41,414 nt of DNA from a virus. Its lineage: Duplodnaviria > Caudoviricetes. The stretch covers positions 1-41,414 of the IMG/VR virus record IMGVR_UViG_3300035548_000639. One strand, written 5' to 3'. The first letter of the stretch is position 1. Every line of letters starts with the position of its first letter. Of this stretch, positions 9,098 to 18,174 are shown piece after piece. Position numbers and translations under genes: made by a program. The notes under the pieces are model-generated. The model saw only the letters and a list, made by a program, of their open reading frames with translations, was not told where the DNA came from and searched no databases.

Positions 9098-9547
9098 TTA
9101 TTTGCTGACTTTCTCCCAAAGCGCCTTGCGGGCTTTGGCTTGTTTGCGCTTCTCCACTTCGTCCTTGCCGATCTCGTAAAAGACCACCTCTTCGGGCGTC
9201 AGCAGCTTGTAGCCGGTGCCGTCCAATGCGGCCTCGGCCAGGGCCGGGCTGCCGGTGATCTCAGTGAATGCAGCGAGGAAATGAAGCGGCGTGGGCCGGT
9301 CCTCTTTTGAAGGAGCGGCCCAATTGTTGATTTGATGGACAGTGATGTCGTGGCCGGTGAGACGGGAAATCTCCTCGGCAATGATCTCGCGGGACAATCC
9401 GCAATCCTTGAGAGAGCGGTTCAGCCCGTCTTTGACAGCTTCAAAGGTCCGCAGAGAGCCACTTTGCAGCCGTTGTGAAGGTAGGCTAGACAGTGGCAGC
9501 ATGAGTTGGACCATGCGTTCGTCTGAATCTGGCTTACGTTTAGACAT
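9098..9547 (-). CDS. putative phage regulatory HTH protein (CII-like)
   Basis: GLSREIIAEEISRLTG..ITVHQINNWAAPS pattern. Confidence 0.6.
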   Translation of the reverse strand: MSKRKPDSDERMVQLMLPLSSLPSQRLQSGSLRTFEAVKDGLNRSLKDCGLSREIIAEEISRLTGHDITVHQINNWAAPSKEDRPTPLHFLAAFTEITGSPALAEAALDGTGYKLLTPEEVVFYEIGKDEVEKRKQAKARKALWEKVSK

Positions 9548-9587
9548 TGCGTCCTAGTCCTGTGGTGGGTATAGAAAAGAGCATTGG

Positions 9588-9821
9588 TTACACGCTCATG
9601 GCTGCACTGGCTCGATTTACCTTGCCGTGTTTGAGGCCGAGCAAAACGGCGGCATTGTGGGATTCGCCACGGACGCCTTTTTTACGACCATTAAGGAGGT
9701 CGCTAACAGTGTTTGGGTTCAGGCCGTTCTTGACGGCCCACTTGGCAATGGACAGCCCTTGTTCATCCAGCTTTGCCCTCGCCTCTTCCGGGGACAGGAG
9801 AGGTTTGGAGGTCTTGGCCAT
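9588..9821 (-). CDS. Ner/Cro-like DNA-binding protein (BcepMu gp16-like)
   Basis: GLSIAKWAVKNG...VSDLLNGRKKGVRGESHNAAVLLGLK; first early gene, divergent from the repressor. Confidence 0.88.
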   Translation of the reverse strand: MAKTSKPLLSPEEARAKLDEQGLSIAKWAVKNGLNPNTVSDLLNGRKKGVRGESHNAAVLLGLKHGKVNRASAAMSV

Positions 9822-9884
9822 AGTGTAGTTCCTTTTTTTTGAGTTCGTTTGACGCGCTTTGGCGCGGTTCGTGTTTGTTGTTTT

Positions 9885-9922
9885 CCCAAAAAATTGGGAA
9901 TAGGTCAACCCAATTTTTTGGG
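9885..9922. promoter_or_regulatory. pair of inverted 14-bp operator-like sites in the immunity switch
   Basis: CCCAAAAAATTGGG (9885-9898) and its exact reverse complement CCCAATTTTTTGGG (9909-9922), between the divergent ner and cI genes. Confidence 0.7.
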
Positions 9923-9935
9923 TATGGAGTTCTTT

Positions 9936-10340
9936 GTGCCAAAATCTGAGATTGGGGAAAGACTTAAAAAGGCCAGAGGTGACGTGTCTCAGGCCAAAAT
10001 AACTAAGAGATATGGGCTTGGTAAAAACACTTTGTCGAATTATGAGACGGGTGTAACCGCGCCCAAGCTTGATTTTTTGATGCAGTTTATTCAGGACTTT
10101 AATTTGGATGCCAATTGGCTGCTGCTTGGGGAGGGGGAACCTCCTTCAGCTGACTATTCAGCCCGTGAGGCCATGCTTATCGCCGACTACCGGGCCTCTG
10201 ATGAGGAGGACAAACGCATCCTGGAGCGGACAGGTGCCAGCTTTGCAAAGTCCGGCGTGGACGGACAGGATCAGGAAGCCTTGAAGTCGGCTGCATGGCC
10301 TGCCGGGGAAAAAAACAAGGCCGAGCGCAAGCAAAAATAG
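9936..10340 (+). CDS. CI-like XRE-HTH prophage repressor
   Basis: IGERLKKARG..SQ.....GLGKNTLSNYETG...P...NWLLLGEG; GTG at 9936 after GGAG (alternative ATG at 9924). Confidence 0.88.
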   Translation: MPKSEIGERLKKARGDVSQAKITKRYGLGKNTLSNYETGVTAPKLDFLMQFIQDFNLDANWLLLGEGEPPSADYSAREAMLIADYRASDEEDKRILERTGASFAKSGVDGQDQEALKSAAWPAGEKNKAERKQK

Positions 10341-10446
10341 GATACGGTAGATATCTGCATGAGTGGCCCGCCCCGTATGGGCGGAAGCGGTAGCGGGCCG
10401 ATTTGTATGCTGGGATGAGGGTCCAGTAGCGTGGAGGGCGGAAGTG

Positions 10447-10887
10447 ATGCGAAAGTTCTATATTGTTTTGGTCTTGGCTTTTTTTCTAATCGGGTGTGGC
10501 GCAGAGAGTGAACCAAAATACAAGCTCATTCTTCCTGCTGGCACGCCGTCCGAAACCGTGGAGTTGCTGTCCCAGGTCATGCCTGACATAGAGCAGCACT
10601 TTCCAGGGGTTCTTACGTATTATGACAAAATGGATTTCGTGAGTGTGCAGCCAGCTCGAAAGATCGGCCTCTGCAATGGAGCACAGACAACGGCGATAAC
10701 GCTTGAATTCAAAGTCAAAGATGATGCCGCTTTGCCAAGCTCGGTTAAGCGCAGCCGCGGCCATCACGTTTTCATCGATGTCGGTGTAGATGGCAAGACG
10801 CTATCCGTGGCGAAACGGGCTGCGGTCTCTATTCTGCAAGATCGTCCATTTGAAGACGTGGAGCAGTGCGTACTGATTGAACTGTAA
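10447..10887 (+). CDS. putative lipoprotein (lysogen-expressed accessory gene)
   Basis: MRKFYIVLVLAFFLIG-C signal peptide II/lipobox; downstream of and co-oriented with the repressor. Confidence 0.75.
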   Translation: MRKFYIVLVLAFFLIGCGAESEPKYKLILPAGTPSETVELLSQVMPDIEQHFPGVLTYYDKMDFVSVQPARKIGLCNGAQTTAITLEFKVKDDAALPSSVKRSRGHHVFIDVGVDGKTLSVAKRAAVSILQDRPFEDVEQCVLIEL

Positions 10888-10919
10888 TAGCATAGGGCTA
10901 CCCGGTCGGACGGCCTTTC

Positions 10920-10939
10920 TTTTATAACCTCCGTTACAA
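10920..10939 (+). promoter_or_regulatory. putative Mor/C activator box, lysis-operon late promoter
   Basis: TTTTATAACCTCCGTTACAA, 17/20 identical to 18498-18517; TAAC-N4-GTTA dyad. Confidence 0.65.
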
Positions 10940-11061
10940 TACCGAATCACACATAAAGCCTAACTTGGGCACCTAGAACTCCTTCTAATGGAAGGCGGTT
11001 CCAGGTGTTTCCTTGTTTGTCCTGGGCCGCCTTCCGCAAAACCGCAAAGCGGAGGCCCGTA

Positions 11062-11418
11062 ATGAAATTCCCCAAGATGCCCAGAATGACCAGCGCCGCC
11101 ATCATGGTCGTGCTGCTGCTCTGCCTGGTTGCACTCATTTCCCCCCAGCAGCTGCCCGTCATCGTCTACAAGATCAGCCTCGTCACCATCGCAGGGCTGG
11201 CCGGTTACTGCTTTGACCGCGCCCTGTTCCCCTATGCCCGGCCCCACAAGTTCGACATTGATGGGCTGCTGGTAGAGGCGGCGGAAACGCAGCCGCCGGA
11301 ATCTGACACCACCATCGTGTTCGACTCGTCCGCTGACTGGATACCCTTTGTGGCGGCCCAGCTCCGCCGCGCTGCCATCGTGTGTGCCGCCATGCTGGCC
11401 GTGGGGCTGGGGCTGTAA
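11062..11418 (+). CDS. putative holin
   Basis: Hydrophobic helices; AGYCFDRALFPYARP and RRAAIV motifs; precedes the endolysin. Confidence 0.85.
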   Translation: MKFPKMPRMTSAAIMVVLLLCLVALISPQQLPVIVYKISLVTIAGLAGYCFDRALFPYARPHKFDIDGLLVEAAETQPPESDTTIVFDSSADWIPFVAAQLRRAAIVCAAMLAVGLGL

Positions 11419-11420
11419 TT

Positions 11421-12056
11421 ATGTTCCGACGTCATTGGGAACTGTGGCTTGCGCTGGCCCTCACTGTGCTCACGCTCATCCTGTGGGCGTCTTTGGCCAG
11501 TGCCGTGGATATTCCGCGCCGTGCCTATCAGTACCGTTCAACGCTCATTCGCTGCGCCCGTGTGGAATGGGGGTTTGAGGCTCCCGTGGCCACCTTTGCC
11601 GCGCAGCTCCACCAGGAAAGTCTTTGGCGCGCCGATGCAAAATCCCCTGTGGGTGCCGGTGGGCTGGCTCAGTTCATGCCCTCCACGGCCACCTGGCTGC
11701 CGGAGGTGGCACCGCAGGCTGGCAAGGCCAATCCGTTCAATCCGGGCTGGGCGCTCCGCGCCTTGACCGCCTACGACCTGTGGCTCTGGAAACGCATCAA
11801 GAGCGCCACAGAATGCGACCATATGGCCATGACCCTGTCCGCCTACAACGGCGGGCTGGGCTGGCTCTTCAAAGACAAGAAGTTGGCAAAGGCCCTTGGC
11901 TTGGACCCGACCCGTTGGTGGGACCAGGTGGAAGCGGTCAATGCGGGCCGGGCCAAGTGGGCCATCCGTGAAAACCGTGGCTATCCGCGCCGCATCCTCC
12001 TGGTGCTCGAACCCCTGTACGAAAACGCCGGATGGGGCAAAGGAGTATGCCCATGA
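11421..12056 (+). CDS. endolysin, SLT lytic transglycosylase with N-terminal signal/SAR segment
   Basis: QES...SPVGAGGLAQFMPST...AYNGG...ENRGY motifs. Confidence 0.92.
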   Translation: MFRRHWELWLALALTVLTLILWASLASAVDIPRRAYQYRSTLIRCARVEWGFEAPVATFAAQLHQESLWRADAKSPVGAGGLAQFMPSTATWLPEVAPQAGKANPFNPGWALRALTAYDLWLWKRIKSATECDHMAMTLSAYNGGLGWLFKDKKLAKALGLDPTRWWDQVEAVNAGRAKWAIRENRGYPRRILLVLEPLYENAGWGKGVCP

Positions 12057-12700
12057 TTCCCTTTTCCGTTCCCCTGGCTCTGGCCGGAGGCGGCTGGAAG
12101 AAGCTGGCCATCGGCCTGGCCGCCGTCATCGTGGTGGGCCTGCTCGTGGCCGGAGCTGCCTGGCGCGGCTATCGCGCCGGATACGAGGCCGCCGACCTGG
12201 AACGCCAGGCCGAGGTGGCCGCGATCCACGAGAGCCACGCCCACGCCCTGGCACATGCCGAGTCCATGGCCCGCAAGCAGCTGGAGGCTGCAACGGCCCG
12301 GACGCACGAGCTGGAAAGCCAGTACCTGGCCGCCCAACAAACTATTGAAAAGCAGTCCCGTGAACTGACCAACCAAAGGATCGTCCATGCGAGTAAAGAT
12401 GTTGATACTGCTGACGGCACTTGCCGTTTTGGCCCTGAGTGGGTGCGCCTCTACAACGAGGCAACCGGTGCCCGTGACCGTGGTGACGCCGTGCCCGCCT
12501 CCGCCGCCCGCGCTGATGATGAGGCCGGAACCTCCCAAACCGCTCAAGCCGGGATACTTCCAGGAGCACCAACAGTGACACCGGAAGACATTCTTGCCCA
12601 TGCCCGCGACATGGGCCGATACACCCGCAAGCTGGAAACACAGGTAGCCTCCTGGATCGAATGGGCCGCTGGCCTGAACACCGGGGAGGTGACGCCGTGA
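12053..12700 (+). CDS. i-spanin (Rz-like)
   Basis: N-terminal TM helix plus coiled coil; follows the endolysin; contains an embedded lipoprotein gene. Confidence 0.75.
   Translation: MIPFSVPLALAGGGWKKLAIGLAAVIVVGLLVAGAAWRGYRAGYEAADLERQAEVAAIHESHAHALAHAESMARKQLEAATARTHELESQYLAAQQTIEKQSRELTNQRIVHASKDVDTADGTCRFGPEWVRLYNEATGARDRGDAVPASAARADDEAGTSQTAQAGILPGAPTVTPEDILAHARDMGRYTRKLETQVASWIEWAAGLNTGEVTP
12387..12578 (+). CDS. o-spanin (Rz1-like) lipoprotein embedded in the i-spanin gene
   Basis: MRVKMLILLTALAVLALSG-C lipobox; Pro-rich PCPPPPP; alternative frame; AAGGA upstream. Confidence 0.8.
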   Translation: MRVKMLILLTALAVLALSGCASTTRQPVPVTVVTPCPPPPPALMMRPEPPKPLKPGYFQEHQQ

Positions 12701-13092
12701 TCGAAGAAACTGTTTTGGACAGCGTAACCGTTGCCGCTGCTGCGGACTGGTCTCGTATTCTCACCTTTGCCATCACCATGATCCAGATCGCGTTGACCGT
12801 CGCGCTGCTCTATCTCGGCTCCAAGTTCGTGGGCAAAAAGGATTGCGAGGAGAAATGCAAGGAGCACAAGGACAAAAGGGAGGCTCTTGAGAAGCGTGTG
12901 ACGGTCACTGAACTGTCCATCCAGACCGTTCCCACCGGCAAGGAAATGAAAGCCATCAACAAGCGCCTGGGAGACATGGAAGGTGACATCAAGGCTCTTC
13001 GTACCGCTTCCGAGGCTCAAGCCGACACAATGGAGCGGATAGAGCGTCCCGTCACCTTACTGCTTGAACACCATCTAGGGAGAGACAAGTAA
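12697..13092 (+). CDS. DUF2730-like membrane/coiled-coil protein (Mu gp25 position)
   Basis: TM helix then coiled coil ending LLLEHHL; GTG start after GGAGG. Confidence 0.7.
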   Translation: MIEETVLDSVTVAAAADWSRILTFAITMIQIALTVALLYLGSKFVGKKDCEEKCKEHKDKREALEKRVTVTELSIQTVPTGKEMKAINKRLGDMEGDIKALRTASEAQADTMERIERPVTLLLEHHLGRDK

Positions 13093-13388
13093 TGGATTTC
13101 GCAAAAACGATGAGAGAGGATCGCCGCCTTGTGTTGCTGCGCCTGTTGAACCAGGCTCCAGGGAATGAGGCCAACACCTATGTCCTGGCCACCGGGCTGC
13201 GCTCTTTGGGGCACAACTGTTCTCAGGATCAGGTGGAAACCGATTCCGCGTGGTTGACCGAGCAGGGCCTCGTGAAAGTGAAAGAGCTGGATGATGTCCG
13301 CATTGTCCAGCTGACCAGCCATGGGGCTGACGTGGCCGATGGTCGCGCACACGTTCCTGGCGTCAAGCGCCCCGTTCCTGGAGTGTAA
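13092..13388 (+). CDS. Mu gp26-like winged-helix protein
   Basis: EDRRLVLLRLL...WLTEQGLV...G.DVA.G....PGVKRP. Confidence 0.8.
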   Translation: MDFAKTMREDRRLVLLRLLNQAPGNEANTYVLATGLRSLGHNCSQDQVETDSAWLTEQGLVKVKELDDVRIVQLTSHGADVADGRAHVPGVKRPVPGV

Positions 13389-13390
13389 CA

Positions 13391-13981
13391 ATGCCCCGGC
13401 AATCCACCATCAAGAAACTGCCGCCGGAAATCCGTGACAAGATCGGTGCGCTGCTTGACCAGGGCCGCACCCTGGATGAGATCGTTGAGCACCTTTCCAC
13501 CTTGGCCGTGGATGTTTCACGCTCCGCCCTGGGCCGCTACAAGCAGAGCCTCGACAAGGTCTCCGAGCGCATCCGGCGCAGCCGCGAGATCGCCGAGGCC
13601 ATGGTGCGCAACTACGGCGACGCCCCGGAGTCCAAGACGGCCAGGCTCAACATTGAGCTGCTGCACGGCATCATGCTGGACATGATGAGCCAGCTGCCCG
13701 ATGGAACCGAAACCGAAGAAGGCGATGACGAAAACGCTCAATCCGTCCTGCTAACACTTTCGCCGCGTGGAGCCATGGAAATGGCCAAGGCCATGGACCA
13801 CCTGGCCCGCGCCTCCAAGCAGGATGCCGATCTCATCACCAAACTGCGCGAGGAAGCCCGGGCCGAAGCTGCCGAACAAATGGAAAAAGCCGTAGAAGAA
13901 GTCGCTAAGGAAGACGGTGGCAAGGCTTCTCCCGAAGAGGTTCTCAAGCGCATCAAGGCCATCTATCGAGGCGAAGCATGA
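13391..13981 (+). CDS. Mu gp27-like (DUF3486) putative terminase small subunit
   Basis: MPRQSTIKKLP...VSRSALGRY; directly upstream of TerL. Confidence 0.82.
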   Translation: MPRQSTIKKLPPEIRDKIGALLDQGRTLDEIVEHLSTLAVDVSRSALGRYKQSLDKVSERIRRSREIAEAMVRNYGDAPESKTARLNIELLHGIMLDMMSQLPDGTETEEGDDENAQSVLLTLSPRGAMEMAKAMDHLARASKQDADLITKLREEARAEAAEQMEKAVEEVAKEDGGKASPEEVLKRIKAIYRGEA

Positions 13982-15339
13982 GTGGTGTTCTCCATTCTTT
14001 CCAGCGTCAATGGGTGGATGACGACTCCCGTTTCAAGGTGGGAATGTTCGCACGTCAGACCGGTAAGACTTTTTCCTCCACCCTGGAGATTGCGGAGGAC
14101 ATGGTCGAACACGACATCAGGGGCGAGCGAACACGTTGGGTCATCCTCTCCCGAGGCGAACGCCAAGCCAAAGAGGCTATGGACGAAGGGTTGAAACTCC
14201 ATCTGCGGGCCATGGGGACAGCATTTGATCATCTCGTGGAAGACTCCGGTTATCGATACGAAGATGGCTCTAGCATTAAGGCTCAGGAAATTATCCTCAA
14301 GAATGGCAGCCGCGTTACTGCGCTGCCTGCCAACCCTGATACCGCCCGCGGTTTCTCCGCCAATGTCTTTCTCGATGAGTTCGCCTTCCATGCTGACTCT
14401 CGCAAAATTTGGTCGGCACTCTTTCCAGTTATTTCTAAGCCTGGACTTAAACTACGAGTAGTCTCCACACCAAACGGCAAAGGTAATAAATTTTACGAAC
14501 TGATGACTGATGCCAAGCTGGGCAAGGTTTGGAGTCGCCACCATGTGGACATCCACCAGGCCGTGAGAATGGGACTAGATCGCAACATTCAGGAATTGCG
14601 CGATGGTGTTGGTGATCCCGATGCTTGGTCTCAAGAATACGAACTCAAATGGTTAGACGAAGCTTCGGCATGGCTCTCCTATGATTTGATTGGCGGAGTA
14701 GAGCACGAACGTGCGGGCATCCCTGCAAACTACACCGGCGGACCATGCTTTGTAGGCGTTGATATTGGCATTCGTGGTGATTTGTTCGTCATTTGGGTGT
14801 TTGAAAAGGTTGGCGATGTCTTGTGGACTCGCGAAGTCATCGTCCGCAAAAGAATTTCTTTCGCCGAGCAGGATGCCCTCTTGGATGAGGTTTTTGCGCG
14901 GTATCATGTGGTGGCTTGCCGCATGGACCAAACTGGTATGGGTGAAAAACCGGTCGAAGATGCCAAGAGACGTCATGGCCAGGTTCGAGTCCAGGGCGTG
15001 ATATTCAATCCGGCTACAAAGCTCTACATGGCCACCCTTGGCAAAGAAGCATTTGATGATCGGACCCTTCGGATTCCTTTGGGAGATACCGCCATGCGGA
15101 ACGATCTCCACAAACTGCGAAGGGAAAGCACTCCAACAGGGGCACCACGATTCGTTGCTGAATCAGACGCAGCGGGGCACGCCGACCGCGCTTGGGCATG
15201 TTTTCTGGCTTTGGCCGGTGCCGATTCTGGACAGGAGGTGTTCGCATATCACGGCGTTCCCAAGCGCACCCCCGATGACGATCACGACAACAACAGGCCC
15301 GTGCGGATTACCGCCGGATTCAGCCGAGGAATAATCTGA
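13978..15339 (+). CDS. terminase large subunit (Mu gp28-like)
   Basis: ARQTGKT Walker A; LDEFAFH Walker B; STPNG; GVDIG and DQTGMG nuclease motifs; GHADRAWA. Confidence 0.95.
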   Translation: MSGVLHSFQRQWVDDDSRFKVGMFARQTGKTFSSTLEIAEDMVEHDIRGERTRWVILSRGERQAKEAMDEGLKLHLRAMGTAFDHLVEDSGYRYEDGSSIKAQEIILKNGSRVTALPANPDTARGFSANVFLDEFAFHADSRKIWSALFPVISKPGLKLRVVSTPNGKGNKFYELMTDAKLGKVWSRHHVDIHQAVRMGLDRNIQELRDGVGDPDAWSQEYELKWLDEASAWLSYDLIGGVEHERAGIPANYTGGPCFVGVDIGIRGDLFVIWVFEKVGDVLWTREVIVRKRISFAEQDALLDEVFARYHVVACRMDQTGMGEKPVEDAKRRHGQVRVQGVIFNPATKLYMATLGKEAFDDRTLRIPLGDTAMRNDLHKLRRESTPTGAPRFVAESDAAGHADRAWACFLALAGADSGQEVFAYHGVPKRTPDDDHDNNRPVRITAGFSRGII

Positions 15340-16883
15340 TGTCCAAGACTCCCATCCTTTACGATCATCGAAACCGGCCCATCGTTAAATCCGAACTGGA
15401 GCGCGAACACGCCGCGCCGACACTGACCGGCATTCGTACCATTTGGGATAACGGTTCCATCGCCCAGGGTTTGACTCCTCAGCGACTCGCTCGCGTTCTC
15501 AGGGAAGCCGCTGAGGGTGATGCCCGTGAGTATCTTTTGCTTGCCGAAGAGATGGAGGAGCGAGATCCGCATTATGCCTCTGTCCTGTCCACCCGCAAGC
15601 GTGCCGTTGCTGGTATCGAACCCTCGGTCACGGCCGCCAGTGAGGACAAGAAGGATGTGGAAATCGCGGATGCCGTACGCGGCCTGGTCGAACGACCGGA
15701 ATTCCCCGGCTTGATCACCGACCTCCTGGATGGATTGGGTAAGGGATATTCCGTGTGTGAAATCATGTGGGATCAATCCGGCTCCAAGTGGATGCCGGTT
15801 GAATACGTGTGGCGCGATCCCCGTTTCTTCGTTTTTGATCGCGAATCAGGACAGAAGCTCAGGTTGCTCGATGACGATGCGACATACGAAGGCAAGCCGC
15901 TGCCGCCGTTCAAGTTCATCGCGCACATGCCACATCTCAAGTCGGGTATTCCAGTACGCGCAGGGCTTGCCCGCCTCGCGGCCGTGAGCTGGATGTGCAA
16001 GCAATACTCATTGGCTGACTGGATGGCCTTTGCCGAAGTTTTCGGCATGCCGCTGCGGGTTGGCCGATACGGACAGGACGCCACGGATCGCGACATCGAG
16101 ATTCTCAAAACAGCCGTGGCCAATCTCGGCATGGACGCGGCCGCTGTTCTGCCGGACTCCATGCGCATCGAATTCCAGGAAGCTGCCAAGTCTGCCGGAG
16201 GGCAGGAGCTCTTCCACCGCTTGGCCGAGTATCTTGATCGTCAGCTTTCCAAGGCCGTCCTGGGGCAGACCATGACCACGGATGACGGCAGCTCCCAAGC
16301 TCAGGCCAACATCCACAATGACGTCCGCCTCGACATCAAGAACGATGACGGCCGTCAGGTCGGTGCGACTGTGAACCGTGACCTGGTTAAGCCGTTCGTC
16401 GATCTCAATTTTGGCATCCAGGAACGATACCCCATAGTCAAGATCAAGGAAGAAGAGCCCGAAGACATCAAGGCTCTTGCCGAAGTTTTGAACAAGGTCG
16501 TACCGCTCGGCAACCTCGGCATCGAAGCAAGTGCCGTTCGTGAACGCCTCGGCTTTTCCAATCCGGCAGAAGATGCCGAACTCCTCGGTGCTGCACCTCA
16601 GTCTGCCATCAACCGGGCGATGAATCGATCCGGCCAGTTCACCATCGATGCGGACGCGGAGATGGATCGGATTGCTCAGGATGTAATGGATGAGTGGGAG
16701 GAAATAGTCAGCCCGATGGTCAACCCTGTTCTTGAGCTCGCCGATCGGTGCGAGACCTTCGAGGAATTCGAGCAGGGCCTTTCCGACCTCCTGACATCCG
16801 GTCACATCGATGACGAAAGATTCATGCAGTCCCTTGCCGAGGCCTCGTTCAAGGCTCGCGGCCTGGGCGACGTCGAGAAATAG
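15339..16883 (+). CDS. portal protein (Mu gp29, DUF935)
   Basis: EEMEERDPH...FGMPLRVGRY...SKAVLGQT motifs. Confidence 0.93.
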   Translation: MSKTPILYDHRNRPIVKSELEREHAAPTLTGIRTIWDNGSIAQGLTPQRLARVLREAAEGDAREYLLLAEEMEERDPHYASVLSTRKRAVAGIEPSVTAASEDKKDVEIADAVRGLVERPEFPGLITDLLDGLGKGYSVCEIMWDQSGSKWMPVEYVWRDPRFFVFDRESGQKLRLLDDDATYEGKPLPPFKFIAHMPHLKSGIPVRAGLARLAAVSWMCKQYSLADWMAFAEVFGMPLRVGRYGQDATDRDIEILKTAVANLGMDAAAVLPDSMRIEFQEAAKSAGGQELFHRLAEYLDRQLSKAVLGQTMTTDDGSSQAQANIHNDVRLDIKNDDGRQVGATVNRDLVKPFVDLNFGIQERYPIVKIKEEEPEDIKALAEVLNKVVPLGNLGIEASAVRERLGFSNPAEDAELLGAAPQSAINRAMNRSGQFTIDADAEMDRIAQDVMDEWEEIVSPMVNPVLELADRCETFEEFEQGLSDLLTSGHIDDERFMQSLAEASFKARGLGDVEK

Positions 16884-16885
16884 TT

Positions 16886-18145
16886 ATGGCCGGCAAGTTC
16901 GTCAGAAGAACACCAAAGGAGTCCCTGGACTGGTTCCGTGCCAAGGGCATGAAGCCCGGATTCGATCATCGGGACGTATGGCGTGAAGAGCATGCGACCG
17001 CATTCACCGTAGCCAAAGCCACCAAGATGGATATCCTTTCGGACATCCGCAGTGAAGTGGATCGCGCTCTGGCCGAGGGGCGAACCTTCCGCGATTTTGC
17101 CAAGGACTTGCAACCGACTCTCCAGAAAAAGGGCTGGTGGGGCAAAAAGGAAATGCTCGATCCAGCCACCGGCAAGACGCGCCTGGTGGAATTGGGAAGC
17201 CCTCGCCGTCTTCGGACCATTTACGAGACCAACATGCGCACGGCTCGTAGCGCAGGACAATGGGAGCGCATCCAACGCACCAAGGCCGGATTGCCGTATC
17301 TGCTGTATCAGCTTGGCCCGTCGCGCGAACACCGGCCCGAGCATGTTCCGTTCCACGGATTGCTCTTGCCGGTGGATGATTCCTTCTGGGGTTCGCACAT
17401 GCCGCCCAACGGATGGGGGTGCAAGTGTCATGTCCGCCAAGTCTCCAAGGCCGAGCATGACCGCTTGAAGAAAAACGGGGTTCGAGCTCCTGAACCGGAA
17501 CAGAGGATCGATCCTGATACAGGTTTGCCGACCGGCCATAGGACACCGTCCAACGTTCGCGTCCGGACAACGGCGCCGGAGGTGACAAGGCGTGAATGGA
17601 TTAACAAACGGACCGGTGAAGTCCACAAGGTGCCCGTGGGGATTGATCCCGGTTGGGACTATAATCCAGGTCAGGTTGGGCGGCTCAACAAGACCCTGGA
17701 GCTGGCCGCGGAAAAGCTGGCAGGAACCGGAGCCGAAGGCGGTGCGATTGTCCGTGAGCTGACTGCGGAAACGTTAGAGACCTGGGCGAAGTCGCCCAAG
17801 GCGGACTTTCCCATCGGCATGATGAACGAGACGGACGCGGCGCGGATCGGCGGCAAGACACAACTTGTGCGTCTCTCTCCAGATACGATCGGCAAGCAAC
17901 TCAGAAAACACCCGGAACTGACTTTCGAGGAATACAGCATCATCCAGGATGCTCTTGATCGCGGAGAGTCTATCCAGGATGGAGCTCAGGCGCTGGTCTA
18001 TCTACTTGAGGAAGAAGGATACGTGACCGTGGTCAAGGCCACCAAGTCCGGCAAGGCCGTGTTCATGACGAGCTTCCGCCGTCTTTCGTCCGATGCCGGC
18101 AAGAAGGATCGCGAGGTCTTGCGCCTGCGCCGCCGCCAAAAGTAA
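16886..18145 (+). CDS. MuF (gp30) minor head protein with C-terminal PBECR-like nuclease extension
   Basis: AFTVAK, RLRTIYETN, PPNGWGCKC, GWDYNPG MuF motifs, then ~150 aa extension with KQLRKHPEL and VVKATK...FMTSFRR. Confidence 0.85.
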   Translation: MAGKFVRRTPKESLDWFRAKGMKPGFDHRDVWREEHATAFTVAKATKMDILSDIRSEVDRALAEGRTFRDFAKDLQPTLQKKGWWGKKEMLDPATGKTRLVELGSPRRLRTIYETNMRTARSAGQWERIQRTKAGLPYLLYQLGPSREHRPEHVPFHGLLLPVDDSFWGSHMPPNGWGCKCHVRQVSKAEHDRLKKNGVRAPEPEQRIDPDTGLPTGHRTPSNVRVRTTAPEVTRREWINKRTGEVHKVPVGIDPGWDYNPGQVGRLNKTLELAAEKLAGTGAEGGAIVRELTAETLETWAKSPKADFPIGMMNETDAARIGGKTQLVRLSPDTIGKQLRKHPELTFEEYSIIQDALDRGESIQDGAQALVYLLEEEGYVTVVKATKSGKAVFMTSFRRLSSDAGKKDREVLRLRRRQK

Positions 18146-18174
18146 ACCCCTCGCCGAGGCAAGGGGTTCGCTTC

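Noticed and set aside
10341-10446. GC-rich alternative hairpins and a 19-codon ORF after the repressor stop
   Set aside because: Short pairings are expected by chance at this GC content; no SD or other support
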